Assembly: GCA_964016885.1 (NCBI GenBank)
Contig: OZ024756.1
Coordinates: forward strand, 20,088,001-20,152,000
Direction of reading: 5' to 3'
Source: Eledone cirrhosa
Taxonomy: Eukaryota
DNA length: 64,000 bases
In this document: positions 12,002 through 25,081 of the stretch, piece by piece
Layout of the letters: each line of letters begins with the position of its first letter
How positions within the stretch are numbered: position 1 is the first letter of the stretch
Position numbers and translations under genes: made by a program
The notes under the pieces: generated by a model
Databases searched by the model: none
What the model saw: the letters and a program-made list of their open reading frames with translations, nothing else
Told to the model about the DNA's origin: nothing

Positions 12002-12041
12002 CTGAGAACAATTGTTTCACCTTAGCGGATCTTCAGCTCGG
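12002..12041 (-). ncRNA. Minimal type-I hammerhead motif, family C
   Basis: minus: CCGAG-CTGAAGA-TCC GCTAA GGT-GAAA-CAATTG-TT-CTCAG; palindromic stem III ACAATTGT. Confidence 0.68.
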
Positions 12042-13492
12042 AATATATATGTATATATATATAGAAATATTAAAACAATGAAATTAAACACAAAACGGTT
12101 AATTCATAGTAAAACTCATTATTTTACCATCGTTTCTGGGGGGTAGTTCCCCATATTTCCATTCAATTATTGATCTATGTAAAATATTACAAAATATCAT
12201 GTTTTAATATTTTTATTTTTTACTCTGTATCAAATGAATTATATCGTTGAAAATTTTGTATTTTAAACTTTGCTTCACGACATCTACATACGGATTTCAA
12301 TTCAATTCTCAGACCGGGTGATGTGTTGTTTCCTTGAGCAAGACACTTTATTTCACATTGCTCCAGTTTAATCAGCTGTAGAAATGAGATGATAGGGACT
12401 AGGGTCCATATCATTCCACTGCAAAGTGGTCGTGGAGGTGCCACGGCAAAAAAGCACCCAGCACTCACTGTAAATGAGGTTGGTGTTAGGAAGGGCATCC
12501 AACCAGAATCAAGCCAGAATCAGTTCCCGTCCAACCCTTGCAAGCAGGGAAAAGCGGACGTAAAATGATGATGATGATGATGAATATATATATATATACA
12601 CGCACACACATATATATGTATGTGTGAAGGTGTATGCGTGCATGTGTATATGAATGGATTAATAGTAAAAACAACTATTAGTGGGATTTGAACTTCAAAC
12701 TTAGAAGAACAGCTCGGTAGTGAGTGAGTGAATGAATGAATGAGTGAGTGAGTGTGTGAGTGAATGAGTGTGTGAGTAAGTGTGTGAGTAAGTGAGTGAG
12801 CGAGTGTGTGAGTAAGTGAGTGAGTGAGTGAGTTTGTGAGTGAGTGGGTGAGTGAGGGTTTGGAGTGAGGGAATAAGTGAGACAGTGAGTGAGTGAGTGA
12901 GTTTTTGAGTGAATAAGTGAGACAGTGAGTGAGTGAATGAGTGAGTGAGTGAGTTAGAGAGAGTCTGGAGTGAGTGAGTGAGAGAGAGTCTGGAGTGAGT
13001 GAGAGTTAGTTATGAGAAGCAGTGGGAATAAAAGAAAGAGGAGAGAGGAATGAACTAAGTGACTTTACTGGTAAGAGAAGAGAAATTAGATTTAATAAGT
13101 TCAGTAGAACAAAGACCAATGTTCTATTGATCGTATTGAGGTAGTTTAATTATATGTCTGTGCTGCTGAGAGAAAGATTGCATCAGACAAATAGCCATAT
13201 GATATCTAAAACCGTTTGATGAGATAATAGTGAAAAACATAATAACTTTGTATTTTTTATAGCTTTTGATTCATCTATAGGTTGTTGTTGTTGTTTTGTA
13301 GACGTTGCTCAGCTCCGACTTAGCAGATTTTCTATAGTCAAAAGCTTTCTGGTTATGAGCATCCTTATTATAGACCAAAAGTCCATAAATATAGTCTATA
13401 AGTCTATAAAACTGATAGACCCTTAGCCTATATAAAATACAGACCCCAAGTCTATAAAACCTGTAAACCCTATGTCCATAAACATTATAGAC

Positions 13493-13827
13493 CAGGGGTT
13501 TCCAACCTCTTTTGCGTCATCGTCCACTTTTGCATGAACAAATTTCCCACCACCCACCTGTATAGTAAATATTCAAAAGCAAACCAAAAATGTTTGGTAA
13601 AAGTTTGTTACTGGTTCATTATTCCCATTTAGCTTCCTGGTTTATTTCATACAGGTTCTTTGCATATCTCCTTTGAATATGTTTTTCTTTGGGTAGCATA
13701 TGTTGAAATACCTTCTTGATACTCAAAATCCTGAATCATCCACCAAAATTCCCAATTGCTCACTATTTTTAGTTAGGTTGTTCATCGCCCACCCAACAGT
13801 TGAAATCACCCAGGTTGGGAAACCCTG
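13493..13827. mobile_element. hAT-type MITE
   Basis: TIRs CAGGGGTTTCCAACCT / AGGTTGGGAAACCCTG; 8-bp flanks ttatagac / ttatcaac (6 of 8 match). Confidence 0.8.
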
Positions 13828-14935
13828 TTATCAACCATAAATTTATATACAATATAGACCTACAGGTCTATAAATATAGCCAAAATATTACTATATGTCA
13901 ATGCAGATTATAAACCCATAAATCTACAAACATAGACCAGAAACCTATAAATATTATAAGACCATAAGTGTATATAAGACTATAGACAATAAGTCTAATG
14001 ATGATAGATTATAAGTTTAAGTCCAGCGTAGTATAACAAGCTGCATCGGACACTGGAATAGTTCCTTTATTTTCCTCGGAAGAAGAGATATTAATATCGA
14101 AATATCAGGTCATATGAATAAATTAAGGTAAAAAAACACCCCTCATTTCTTATGACTTAATTATTTTCTGTCCAATCCGCATTGTTGTGGCTTTCAAACT
14201 TCGAATTCTTTAAGTCTTTAGACAGTAAGTCTAAAGATAATAAGTTTAATGACTATAGATAATAAGTCTAAAGGCTATAGACAATAAGTCTAAAGATGAT
14301 AGATTATAAGTCTAAAGATTATAGATAAGTCTAAGTTTAATATATAAAGACTTTAGACAATAAGTCTAATATATAAATACTACAGACTAAATCTAAAGAC
14401 TATAGATTATAAGTCTAATATATAAAGACTTTAGACAATCATTCTAAAGATGATAGATAAGTGTGTAAAGATAAACAATAAATCTATAAACATTATAAGG
14501 TCAGAAGTGTACAAGTAGAAAAGTTATACAATAGATTAATTACAAAAGCTTGTTGAAAGTCAGACAATATATTTACTGCATTATAATCAATATTCCTTTT
14601 CCATATTTTGTGAGAAGATTGCTTTTATGATACAAGACCTAACTTCAGTTAAAAGAAGTCCTAGAGGTGTTTAACAGACATTATTGTCAAGAATATTGGT
14701 ATAAAATAAATCCAATAGAAGTGGTTGTAGTATTTTATATTTTAGTATCAATTCTTGACAAAAGACTACTGCTTACAATTAAAGAAAAAAGTGGCGAGCG
14801 TCTACACAAATAAAGGAAAATCTCAAAGACAGTTTCTCATTATAGTCTTTTGATGAAGGGTATTTAGACCCAAAATATTAGGACAGGTAAATAAAATAAC
14901 AGATGACACACTAACATCTCCATTATTATCACCAA

Positions 14936-15337
14936 TGGAAGCACATGGCTTAGTGGTTAGAGCATTGACCTTGCAATCGAAAGGTTGTGAGTTCAATTCT
15001 CAGACCGGGTGATGTGTTGTTTCCTTGAGCAAGACACTTTATTTCAGATTGCTCCAGTTTACTCAGCTGTAGAAATGAGATGATAAGGACTGGGGTCCCT
15101 ATCATTCCACTGCAAAGTGGTCGTGGAGGTGCCACGGCAAAAAAGCACCCAGCCCACACTGTAAAGTGGACGTGTAGGCGCCACGGAAAAAAAGCACCCA
15201 GCACTCACTGTAAAATGAGGTTGGTGTTAGGAAGGGCATCTAGCTGTAGAAATCAAGCCAGAATCAGTTCCCATCCCACCCTTGCAAGCAGGGAAAAGCG
15301 GACGTAAAATGAAATGATGATGATGATGATGATGATG
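14936..15337 (+). mobile_element. Full-length tRNA-derived SINE family B
   Basis: A box tggcttagtgg, B box gttcaattct, body ccttgagcaagacacttt, (GAT)n tail; further copies ~12300-12582, 31528-31849, 52570-52846, 55787-56178, 63235-63616. Confidence 0.88.
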
Positions 15338-15599
15338 AATCAATTTACATCAATTTTTCCATGGTAGCATTCATGTTGCCTTCAATCTATTCCAGCCTTC
15401 AATCTATTGTAGCCTTCAAATAATACTGTTTTAAATCTTGACATTTTAATCTAGTAATACATTTAGTATGTCTGTTTTAACACTCATATTTGAGCTTTGT
15501 CATATGTGAATGGGACATCATAGAAACTACATAAGGGAGATAGTTCATTCAATATTTTTTAATTTATTTTATATATGCAGGGGTATCCCATTAATTTTG

Positions 15600-16140
15600 C
15601 AATTATCAATATCGATTTCCTCGTCATCATTCTCAAATTCATCATCATCAACATCAGTTTCACCACCATCACTCCCAAATTAATCATCGTCAACATAATT
15701 TTTATCACCATCACTCCAAAATTCATCATCATCAACATCATTTTCACCACCATCACTCCAAAATTAATCATCATCATCAACAGTTTTACCACCATCACTC
15801 CCAAATTCATCACCATCATCATTTTCACTACCATCACTCCCAAATTCATCATCATCATCATCATTTTCACCATCACTCCCAAATTCATCATCATCATCAT
15901 CATCATTTTCACCATCACTCCCAAATTCATCATCATCATCATCATCATCATTTTCACCACCATCACTCCCAAATTCATCATCATCATCATTTTCACCACC
16001 ATCACTCCCAAATTCATCATAATCATCATCATCATCATCAGTTTCATCACCATCACTCCCAAACCCATCATCAACTTTATTTTCATTATCATCAGTATCC
16101 AATTTCTCATCACCAACTTTAATTCTGTCATCATCAATTT
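15600..16140. repeat. Degenerate (CAT)n-based minisatellite
   Basis: Unit ccatcactcccaaatt(cat)n tttcacca. Confidence 0.85.
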
Positions 16141-17599
16141 CCACTCCTCATTATTGTAGGATGGAGCAAATTTCATTTTTTATTATGAAGAGAGAGATAT
16201 TGACATCAGTGATGACAAAGTGGATGCTAAAGGATGGTGATGATGATGATGACGATAAAAATTGTAAAAGAATGAAAATTATTTTTAAGTTTTGTAAATG
16301 ATTACAAATTTTATATAGAGAAATTATAGCACCCTATATTACCATAAATATGGTTTGATTTAAACCAGCCATATCTGGCCAGGATTCCTTCACCTCTTTC
16401 TCTTCAAACCGGTTGTAATTGGCCACTCATACTGATGTTAAGGTATTGTTCTCGAAATAAATAATATTAAAATCATATAGATTCGATATTATGTGGAATA
16501 ATTATGAGAGGTAAAGTGATTACAGTGAAAATACAATAGTAAATATAGAGTAATGTGAATGCTAAAAGGCTAAGCACAAGGCCATCGATTTTTTTTTTTT
16601 GGGGGGGGGGGGGCGTCAATTAAATTGACTCCCAGTGCATGACTGGTACTTTATTTTATCGACCCCATAAGGATGAAAGGCAAAGCTAACCTCGGCAGGA
16701 TATGAAATCAAAACGTAAAGGGCCGTAACTCTACGCAGCGAGGCATGCTGTCTGACGCTCTACCGATTACTGCCAATCCACTGCGCTTATATTACCATAA
16801 ATATACAGACAATTAAAACTATGTAATATACTATATCCGAGGTCAACTTTGCCTTTCATCCTTTTGAGGTTGATAAAAAAAAAATACCAGTCTAGTACTG
16901 GGGTCGATTCTTCCTCTATATCTCTTTCTCATTTCCTCTCTCTCACTTTCTATCTTTCTCTGGAAGAAATCTGCTGTACTCAGCATATGTCACTACGGCA
17001 CTCCTACAACTCTATCAGGAGTTACAGGGCCCTACATACATATATAACAGAATGGAAGTTACAGAAAGGGTTCTACTTCCTATCTAGAGAGCGTTAATCT
17101 ATTGGTGATGTGAGTGTCACAACAAGGGAGGCAACTCCTGCTACACATACAATATACTATATGCAACACAACAAAGACAAAAATGAATAACATTAGTTTT
17201 AACCTTTTATTTATTATTCTAAACTCTGTCTCAAGCCCAGAGACTCATGAGGCTGGTGTTTATCCCAGTTTCTGTGGTGTGAATTGACTGAGAGTATAAG
17301 ACTTCTTCCCCCTTGACAGGACACCAGTCCATCGCAGGGTTAAACTCCCAGCTATTGCTGGTACTCATCTTCAACTGAGTATACTGGAGCAATGTGAAAT
17401 GAAGTGTTTTGCTCAAGAACATAACACACAACCCAGCTTAAGAATCGAACCTACGACATTATGATCGTAAGTCCAACACTCTTACCACTAAACCATTTGC
17501 TTCCATTATTCACATTTCTTAAAAAAAAAATCTAATGCAAGCATCTTGTTAATCAAGGTCAGCCAGGTGTTGATTAAATTATTCAACGTAAGTATGTAA

Positions 17600-18000
17600 A
17601 ATTGAAGTTGATGATGTGGCGGAAATTAAAGTTGGTGAGGATGGTATTGAGACTGATGGTGATGAAAGTGATGATGAGGAATTTGAAGTTGATGATGACG
17701 AAACTGAAGTTAACGGTGACGAAATTGAAGTTGATGGGGACGGAATTGAGGTTGATGGTGACGAAATTGAGGTTGATGGTGACGAAATTGAAGTTAACAG
17801 GGACGAAACTGAGGTTGATGGTGACGAAATTGAAGTTAGTTGACGGTAACGAAATTGAAGTTGACGAAATTGAAGTTGATGATGACGAAACTGGTGATGA
17901 ATGTGAGATTGATGATGACATGATGACAACAAAATTAATGAGGATGGAAATTGAAGTTGATGAAGGTGAATTTGAGATTGGACAAAATTGATGAAGGTGG
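17600..18000. repeat. Degenerate ~21-bp minisatellite
   Basis: gatggtgacgaaattgaggtt repeats. Confidence 0.8.
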
Positions 18001-18254
18001 AGATGACGAAGGACCGTGACAAGTGGAGAGATGCTGTGCTGAATGGAACCCATCCCACCCTTGCAAGCAGGGAAAAGCGGACGTAAAATGATGATCATGA
18101 TGATGATGTAAATATGAGATTGATGATATGATGACAAAACTGACATTGAGGATGACAAATTTGAAGGGAGAAACCCCTATAATATAATAGGTTATATAGT
18201 ACTAAAGATAAAGATATTATTACATTCACTTGTACTATTGGTCACAACAATGCA

Positions 18255-18578
18255 AAGACAGTGTAGAATGAATTCTCCTCCAAAACCTAGAGAACACTTA
18301 CAAAGTTAGTGTAGACTAAACTCTCCTCCAAAAACTAGAGAACACTTACAAAGACAGTATAGAGTGAACTCTCCTCCAAAACCTAGAGAACATTTACAAA
18401 GTCAGTGTAGACTAAACTCTCCTCCAAAACCTAGAGAACATTTACAAAGTCAGTGTAGACTAAACTCTCCTCCCAAACCTAGAGAACACTTACAAAGTCA
18501 GTGTAGACTAAACTCTCCTCCAAAACCTAGAGAACACTTACAAAGACAGTATAGAGTGAACTCTCCTCCAAAACCTAG
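18255..18578. repeat. 48-bp minisatellite (6-7 units); lone diverged unit at ~19653-19705
   Basis: ctctcctccaaaacctagagaacacttacaaag... periodicity; 16-aa periodic ORF. Confidence 0.9.
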
Positions 18579-19732
18579 GCCCTAGTTACTATCTTATATA
18601 TAATTGTTTCTACTTTTGGCACAAGGCCAGCAATTACCCAGTACACTACTGGTACTTTATTTTATCGACCCCGAAAGGATGAAAGCAAAGTTAACCTCGG
18701 CGGGATTTGAACTCAGATGGTAGAGGGACGTAACTCTTTGTGTCAAAGCATGGCGTCCGACCCTCTACTGATACTGCCAATCCACCACCCTTATATATAA
18801 TGATTGGAGGCCTGCGAGACTGTGTCAGAAATATTTTTTCTGAACACGTTATCAAAATAAGTTGGATTACTTTGACTAAATCATAAATGAACATTATGTA
18901 ATTAATCTACTAAATTTCGTAGCTCTTGATTAAACATAAATATTCTTATATATAATGAATTGCTTATTTTAAGATTCACTTCTTTTAAAATTTTCAAATG
19001 TCTACACTTTCGGTTAGCGACTGTACGCTATATCACATTGCTTATATAAACGTTCATAGATGTACTTCGTTATATAACGTTTATATTTCCGTTGTTAATT
19101 TTTTCCTTTTTCGTTTACATAAAATTTCACTCTAATGCAGTTTATATATAATATCGACTATTTTTTAAATGTATCATGGATTACTTTACTGATTACAGAA
19201 GAGTGTAACAGTCGCTCTTCAATTTCTGTGCATATTATCAATTACGATTTTATTTGATTATTATACCTACATGCATATATATTTGCGCATAATATCAATA
19301 TGCACACTACACATGCTAGCAGAAAACCACCCATCAGGTGTTTTTCTGCTAGTATTCTTAATACTTGATATAATGCAAAAGTATCACAATGATAAAATCA
19401 GTCAATAATTATTTTTGACTATTTATACTGGGACTCATGCATGTAATTTAGAAGTAATCCATAATAATATTTGAAATTTTGAAATCATGTTTATTTTTGG
19501 CATATGAATTTTTTGAAACTGTTTCTAAATCTTTGACTGTCTTTCAATCATTCCGCCACACCTGCCATCCTCTTCTGCTGCACATATGAGGCATACCACA
19601 CCTACGAGGCATGCCGCACCATTTGTGAACCACTGACCCAGGGAAAATTTGTAAAGACAGTGCATATTGAACTCTCCACCTAAACCTAGGAAACATTTGC
19701 AAAGATGTTTTGTTAGTTTTTGTTAGACTTAC

Positions 19733-19891
19733 CTCATTGAAAATATCTTTCCAGCCTTTAATTAATTTCACTGTTTGTTTATTGGTGTCCTCATAGTCAG
19801 TCATGGAAAATCCAGCTCCAACTCCCCACATTTCAATCTCTCTCATGGCATCTCGAATAATTATTTCACCTTGAGCACGATGATTCAATTC
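19733..19891 (-). CDS. DYNC2H1: Dynein-2 heavy chain, exon 13 (ELNHRAQGEIIIRDAMREIEMWG...WKDIFNE)
   Basis: tttag| and |gtaagt; RAQGE..IR.A.RE...WG motif of DHC linker region. Confidence 0.93.
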
Positions 19892-20443
19892 CTAAAGTAA
19901 AGACAGTTTATACAAACAGAGTTTCAAGCTCAATGTAGTTCCACAATCAACAAGACAAGTCAAACTGAGGCATCATGGGATTAATCTGGTAAAGTAATAG
20001 TCAAACTTTGAGTAAACAAATCTGATGGTGGTTCGTATGAATGTAGAGGTAGTGAGTTTATAAATTTTAATTAACCACATGACCACATTTCTAATGAAAT
20101 ACACTCTATTTTAATTAATGAAGAAATTTTAGGGATTTACTAAAATTATCAATTATTTTGTTACTAAAATAGTAATATAATGAAAGGTTCTTATATAAAA
20201 ATTATTTTGGAAGATTTAAATTTAAATAAAAACACTAACCCTTTCATGACTTCATTTCTAATGAAATACACACTCTATTTAATTAGTTAATGAAGAATTT
20301 TGAGGGATTTACTAAAATTATTAGTAAAGGTGACCATGTCTTGCTCATACAGAACTGATTTTGGCTTGATTTCTACAGCTGGATGCCCTTCCTAACACCA
20401 ACCTCATTTACAGTGAGTACTGGGTGCTTTTTACCATGGCGCC

Positions 20444-20493
<50 letters not shown>

Positions 20494-20542
20494 CAAGAAG
20501 TGTAAGTCAACAGGTTAAAATTAACTTTGTTTATCCATATTC

Positions 20543-20601
20543 GCTGTTATATATATTTCGGTGATAACCATTATACAACAGCTATGAACTCATCAGGCAG
20601 C
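20543..20601 (-). ncRNA. Type-I hammerhead motif, family D
   Basis: minus: GCTGC-CTGATGA-G..ATAGCTGTTG/TAATGGTTAT..C-GAAA-TATATATA-ACAGC. Confidence 0.65.
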
Positions 20602-20986
20602 TAGAGTTTGAGCAGAAAAAACAGAAAAACAATGATGGAATAAAGCTTATTTCTGTTATTTCGATTTTTTTATATGCTCAGTGTTGAAGTTTGGTGTTGT
20701 TTTTTTCAAAGCACTGGTCGCATATCTATCTATCTTTATATATTCCTACTTACTTCAAAGACTGTAATAACAGACTTCAGGCAGACTAGCCACCACGCAA
20801 GAATGAATATGCTGACTTGACCAACTGCTGAGTCATAGGCTGCTCCCTCAACAGAGATTTGATCGAATACAACTCAACAGGTTCAATGTGAAGATGACAA
20901 ATTCCTTTAACAGAGTGTGTGACAGCATAAAAGAATGAACCAGGATAAATATCCAACCACTCTTAGACACGAGTCTACATGTTAAC

Positions 20987-21078
20987 ACATATCTGAGGAG
21001 CTTCCGATTTCAGAGTCAGAATCGATCATTAATCGATCGTTCCTCGAGCTGATCGACAGTGAAACACATGTAATATGT
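20987..21078 (+). ncRNA. Type-I hammerhead motif with enlarged stem II region, family E
   Basis: ACATAT-CTGAGGA-GCT(~55 nt)AGT-GAAA-CACATG-TA-ATATGT; perfect 6-bp stem I. Confidence 0.68.
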
Positions 21079-21988
21079 AATTAAATATGTGTATGATGCA
21101 ACACTGATTCTTTCTTCCTTTAGAATCGGATGCCATGCATTGACGTATAGAATTACGGCCCTTGCCATTCTGAGTTCAAATCCCGCCGAGGTTAACTTTG
21201 CCTTTCATCCTTACGGGGTTGATAAAATAAAGTACCAGTAATGCACTGGGTAATTGCTGGACTTGTGCAAAACGTACAAACAATTATATATATATATCGA
21301 CAGTCGATCAACCCTCGTCAAATCGGACCGAGGAAACAATGTTTCCGTTGGTGTTTCTAATTGCTAATACTCTCTATCGGTCACAACTCCAGGTAGAAGG
21401 AGCAACGTGAAATAAAGTGTCTTGCCGAAGGACATAACGCTTCGCCTGGTCCAGGAATCGAACTCACAACCTCACGATTGTGAATCCAATTCTCTAACCA
21501 CTCAGCCACGCGCTTTCACTATATATATATCATCATCATCATCACCGTTTTACGTCCGTTCTTCCACGCTAGCATGGATTAGACGGGTTGTCCTGTTGTG
21601 GGCAGTGTCTGGTCGGCTGACCTTGTCTTGCTCATACAGGAACTGATTCTGGCTTGATTTCTACAGCTGGATGCCCTTCCTAACACCAACCTCATTTCCA
21701 GTGAGTGCTGGGTGCTTTTTTCCGTGGCGCCTACATGTCCACTTTACAGTGTGGGCTGGGTGCTTTTTTGCCGTGGCACCTCCACAACCACTTTGCAGTG
21801 GGAGGGTGTGGGGGCATATTCTCTATATGCTTCAGCTTCGGCTTGTACCCGTGGGGGGTCGGGTCTTGTGTATTACTGAGTGACGCCAGAGGTCACGGTC
21901 GTGTGTCATCACCTTTGAGAGGTGTAATTGGGTAAGGTCGGCTTTTATCACCTCATCCCAGGTCTTCTTGGGTCTCCCCACTCCGCGG

Positions 21989-22022
<34 letters not shown>

Positions 22023-22024
<2 letters not shown>

Positions 22025-22063
22025 CTTTCCTGATGATTTCTCCTGAATGAAACAGTTCTAGCC
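22023..22063 (+). ncRNA. Minimal hammerhead-like motif, family F
   Basis: GGCTTTC-CTGATGA-T TTC TCCT GAA T-GAAAC-AGTT-CTAGCC, between (TA)n tracts; stem I interrupted. Confidence 0.5.
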
Positions 22064-22363
22064 TTGTAGAAGCCATTTCTATATTATATATATATATATA
22101 TATATAAACACATATGTGTACATAAACATTATAATTGTTTCTACTTTAGGCACAAGGCCAGCAATTACCCAGTGCATTACTGGTACTTTATTTTATCGAC
22201 CCCCGTAAGGATGAAAGGCAAAGTCAACCTCGGCGGGATTTGAACTCAGATCGTAAAGGGACGTAACTATGCTGGAAAGCATGGCGTCCGACCCTGTGTA
22301 CATAAACATTATAATGGTTCCTAATTTTGGTTATAAAAATAAACAATAGATAATTGTACTTAC

Positions 22364-22534
22364 TTTTAATGTATCAACATTTTTGATGATATATTCACTG
22401 GCTCCGAGGATCATACCAAACGTAAGTTTTTCTGGTTTGGTGTTTTGTGGCAATTGAAGCAATGAGTTCAGCTCCACCCAGTGACTAGGACTAAACTGGT
22501 CCCCTCGTACCCATTTTAGTACAGGCAGAACATT
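22364..22534 (-). CDS. DYNC2H1: Dynein-2 heavy chain, exon 12 (NVLPVLKWVRGDQFSPSHWVELNSLL...DTLK)
   Basis: tccag| and |gtaagt; PxLKxVRG...HW motif; 171 nt; not in ORF track. Confidence 0.9.
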
Positions 22535-22633
22535 CTGGAAAAGTTAGAAAAGAAATTTAAAAAAAACAAAAACAAACTAGAATTGAGTCCAGCCAGTCAA
22601 CCAGCTAGCCAGCCAGTAATGGTAGCCATCTAA

Positions 22634-23236
22634 CCCTTTCATGACTACATTTTTAATGAGATACATTCTATTTTAACCCTTTAGCATTTAAACTGGCCAG
22701 AATTCTCTCATCTCTTTCTCTTCAAACCAGTTATAACTGGCTGCTCAAACTGATGATAAAGTATTGTTCCCAAAATAAATAATATCAAAATCTCATAGAT
22801 TCGATATTGTGTGAGATAATTATGTTAAGTAAAGTGTTTACCATGAAAATATTATAGTATGTATAGAGTAATGTAAATACTAAAGGGTTAATTAATTAAT
22901 GAAGAATTTTGAAGGATTTACTAAAATTATTAATTATTTCAATACTAAAATAGTAACTTAATGTAAGGTTCTTATATAAAATCGATTATATTGAAGATTA
23001 TATTGAAACACTAATCCTTTCATGACTTCATTTCTAATGAAATACACTATTTTAATTAATTAATGAAGAATTTTGAGGGATTAACTAAAAGTGGTAATTA
23101 TACCATTACTAAGATAATGTAAGGTTCTTATATAAAATGATGTTGGAAGATTTTAATTTAAATTGGGAACCTTTAAAATTGGTGGTTTTATTTCATAGAA
23201 CCAGAGCCATTTTGGGCCAGGTTGACAACTAAAGGG
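22634..23236. mobile_element. piggyBac-type MITE containing a nested second piggyBac-type MITE (22677-22887)
   Basis: Inner element TTAA|CCCTTTAGCATTTA ... TAAATACTAAAGGG|TTAA; outer element TAA|CCCTTT ... AAAGGG|TTAA. Confidence 0.7.
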
Positions 23237-24879
23237 TTAAAGTACATACAACTCATGTACCTACTTTTCCATGGTGGTATAGGTTGAATGGAGTGTTTTG
23301 AGGCGATGTTTTACAGCTACATATCTTTCTTAACACCAACCTCTTTAGCTTCTCCTTACAACATTTAGGGATACAGTGTATATCATCATCATCATCCTCA
23401 TCATCATTTAGGATTCACTTTCCATGCTAGTAAGGGTTCGATGAGTCATCAAAGACCCAGTCATTATCTATCACAGCCACTGATCTCACACTCTACAGAG
23501 TCAACAGTGATTCATATCTTATCTATCATTTTCCATCACAAAAACGGTCTGTTACAATTCTATTGTTTCTTTCTACAGCATTCAGGTATCTGAGCTTTGT
23601 GATAGAGGAGATGTTGCACAACAAGGGGTCTGAAACCATCCCATCTTTTGCACGGAAGCAGTAATCAGCAAACCTTGTATGATGACGTGATTCACAATAG
23701 ACGCTGAATGGAGGAATATCATGTCAATGACCAAGATGAAAAGATTTCAGTAAGAGAAAGCCTGCAGCAGGCATTGATGAGTGGAACTGGTTACGTATAT
23801 CAATACACAATTGAGATTCATTATTTGATGTCAGTCGATATAGATAAAATAAGATCTAAGTAATATATTCCATTAGAAATACGTTTACAACTGAAACTCA
23901 TTATGTGATGGTAGTCAGCAAAAATAAGAAACAGTGCTGGACTTACCTATAAGCTAAATAAACTATAGCTTAGGGCCACACACCCTCGGGGGTCTTACTT
24001 TTTTAAAACATATTTCTATTTTATCATGAGTTTTTATTGTTTAATACTATATCATCAAAAATTATATATATGTACTAGATCTCTGGTGATACACAGTAAT
24101 ACAGAAGACCCGACTTCCCAAGAGCACAAGCTGAAGCATATATACAGTATGCCCCAGCCCACCCTTCCATACACCCCCATGAGGACAGGCCAAAGTAAAT
24201 GCATCCAGTGAAGCCCTCAGCCCACACTGTAAAGTGGTCGTGTAGGTGTCATGACAAAAAGCACCCAGTCCACACTGTAATGTGGTCATGTAGGTGTCAC
24301 GACAAAAAGCAGATATTCACACAGTGTCTATAATAGATGACAAAGGTCACAGGTGTATACCAACATCATAATTTTATATTAATTTTTCCCTGTTGATATG
24401 GGTTGCACAGCAACAGAGAAAAATATTATTATGAGTGAGAGATTTGTTTTTTTTTGCCAAGTCTGTACAGATATTTGCCCTACCTATCACCAACTAGTTA
24501 ACAACATGAACAAGGGGAATTTGTACCTTGCCTTCAACACTAGAGAAGTATCACATTTGCCAATACTAAAGACTTTCATATGCCCTCCATTGAAAACTAG
24601 TGTAAGCAGAAATAGAAAACTTAAGATTGATAATGTGATAAACTCCTAATACTTAACGATATTTATATTTAGTAAGTATTTCAAAGGATTGTAGTCTTCA
24701 GAAACTACAAACGGTTAATGTCACTGGTAGCAGCAGTTAGATCTATATATAGACATAACTGCTACTATGGTGAGTGCCTCCAGCAATCTTTGACTTGAAA
24801 AGATTTCTCTGGATTCCGAAAGACTAAAGAAAGAATATTAGGCAAATTGGAGTAAAAAGAAAAAGGCAGAAAAAAAATA

Positions 24880-24930
<51 letters not shown>

Positions 24931-24969
24931 AGAAAACTGATGAAGGAAAATCACAATAAAGAAATTTAC

Positions 24970-25081
24970 CCTGTATCTGTCAATGTCGTTAACCAAACGA
25001 GCAATTAGGGTATTAACTTGTAAAGTTTGCAGTTTCTCAAACCATTTGTTGATAAATTCTTCAAAGTGATGTAATTTCTTA
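24970..25081 (-). CDS. DYNC2H1: Dynein-2 heavy chain, exon 11 (KKLHHFEEFINKWFEKL...IDRYR)
   Basis: accag| and |gtaaat; phase 2-0; FEEF..W..L motif. Confidence 0.9.

Noticed and set aside
14936-15010. tRNA genes at SINE heads
   Set aside because: A/B boxes run directly into SINE body and tail; no complete cloverleaf
14950-15204. Recurrent short ORFs such as MPFLTPTSFTVSAGCFF...
   Set aside because: Antisense translation of SINE B/RTE 3' UTR copies, not a gene family
15559-16176. Acidic or Met/Ile-rich ORFs (also 17579-18158)
   Set aside because: Products of (CAT/GAT)n-derived repeats, open in several frames
10529-19732. Possible missing DYNC2H1 exons in the long introns (also 26177-35813)
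   Set aside because: Flanking exons join in frame and read continuously as dynein-2 sequence
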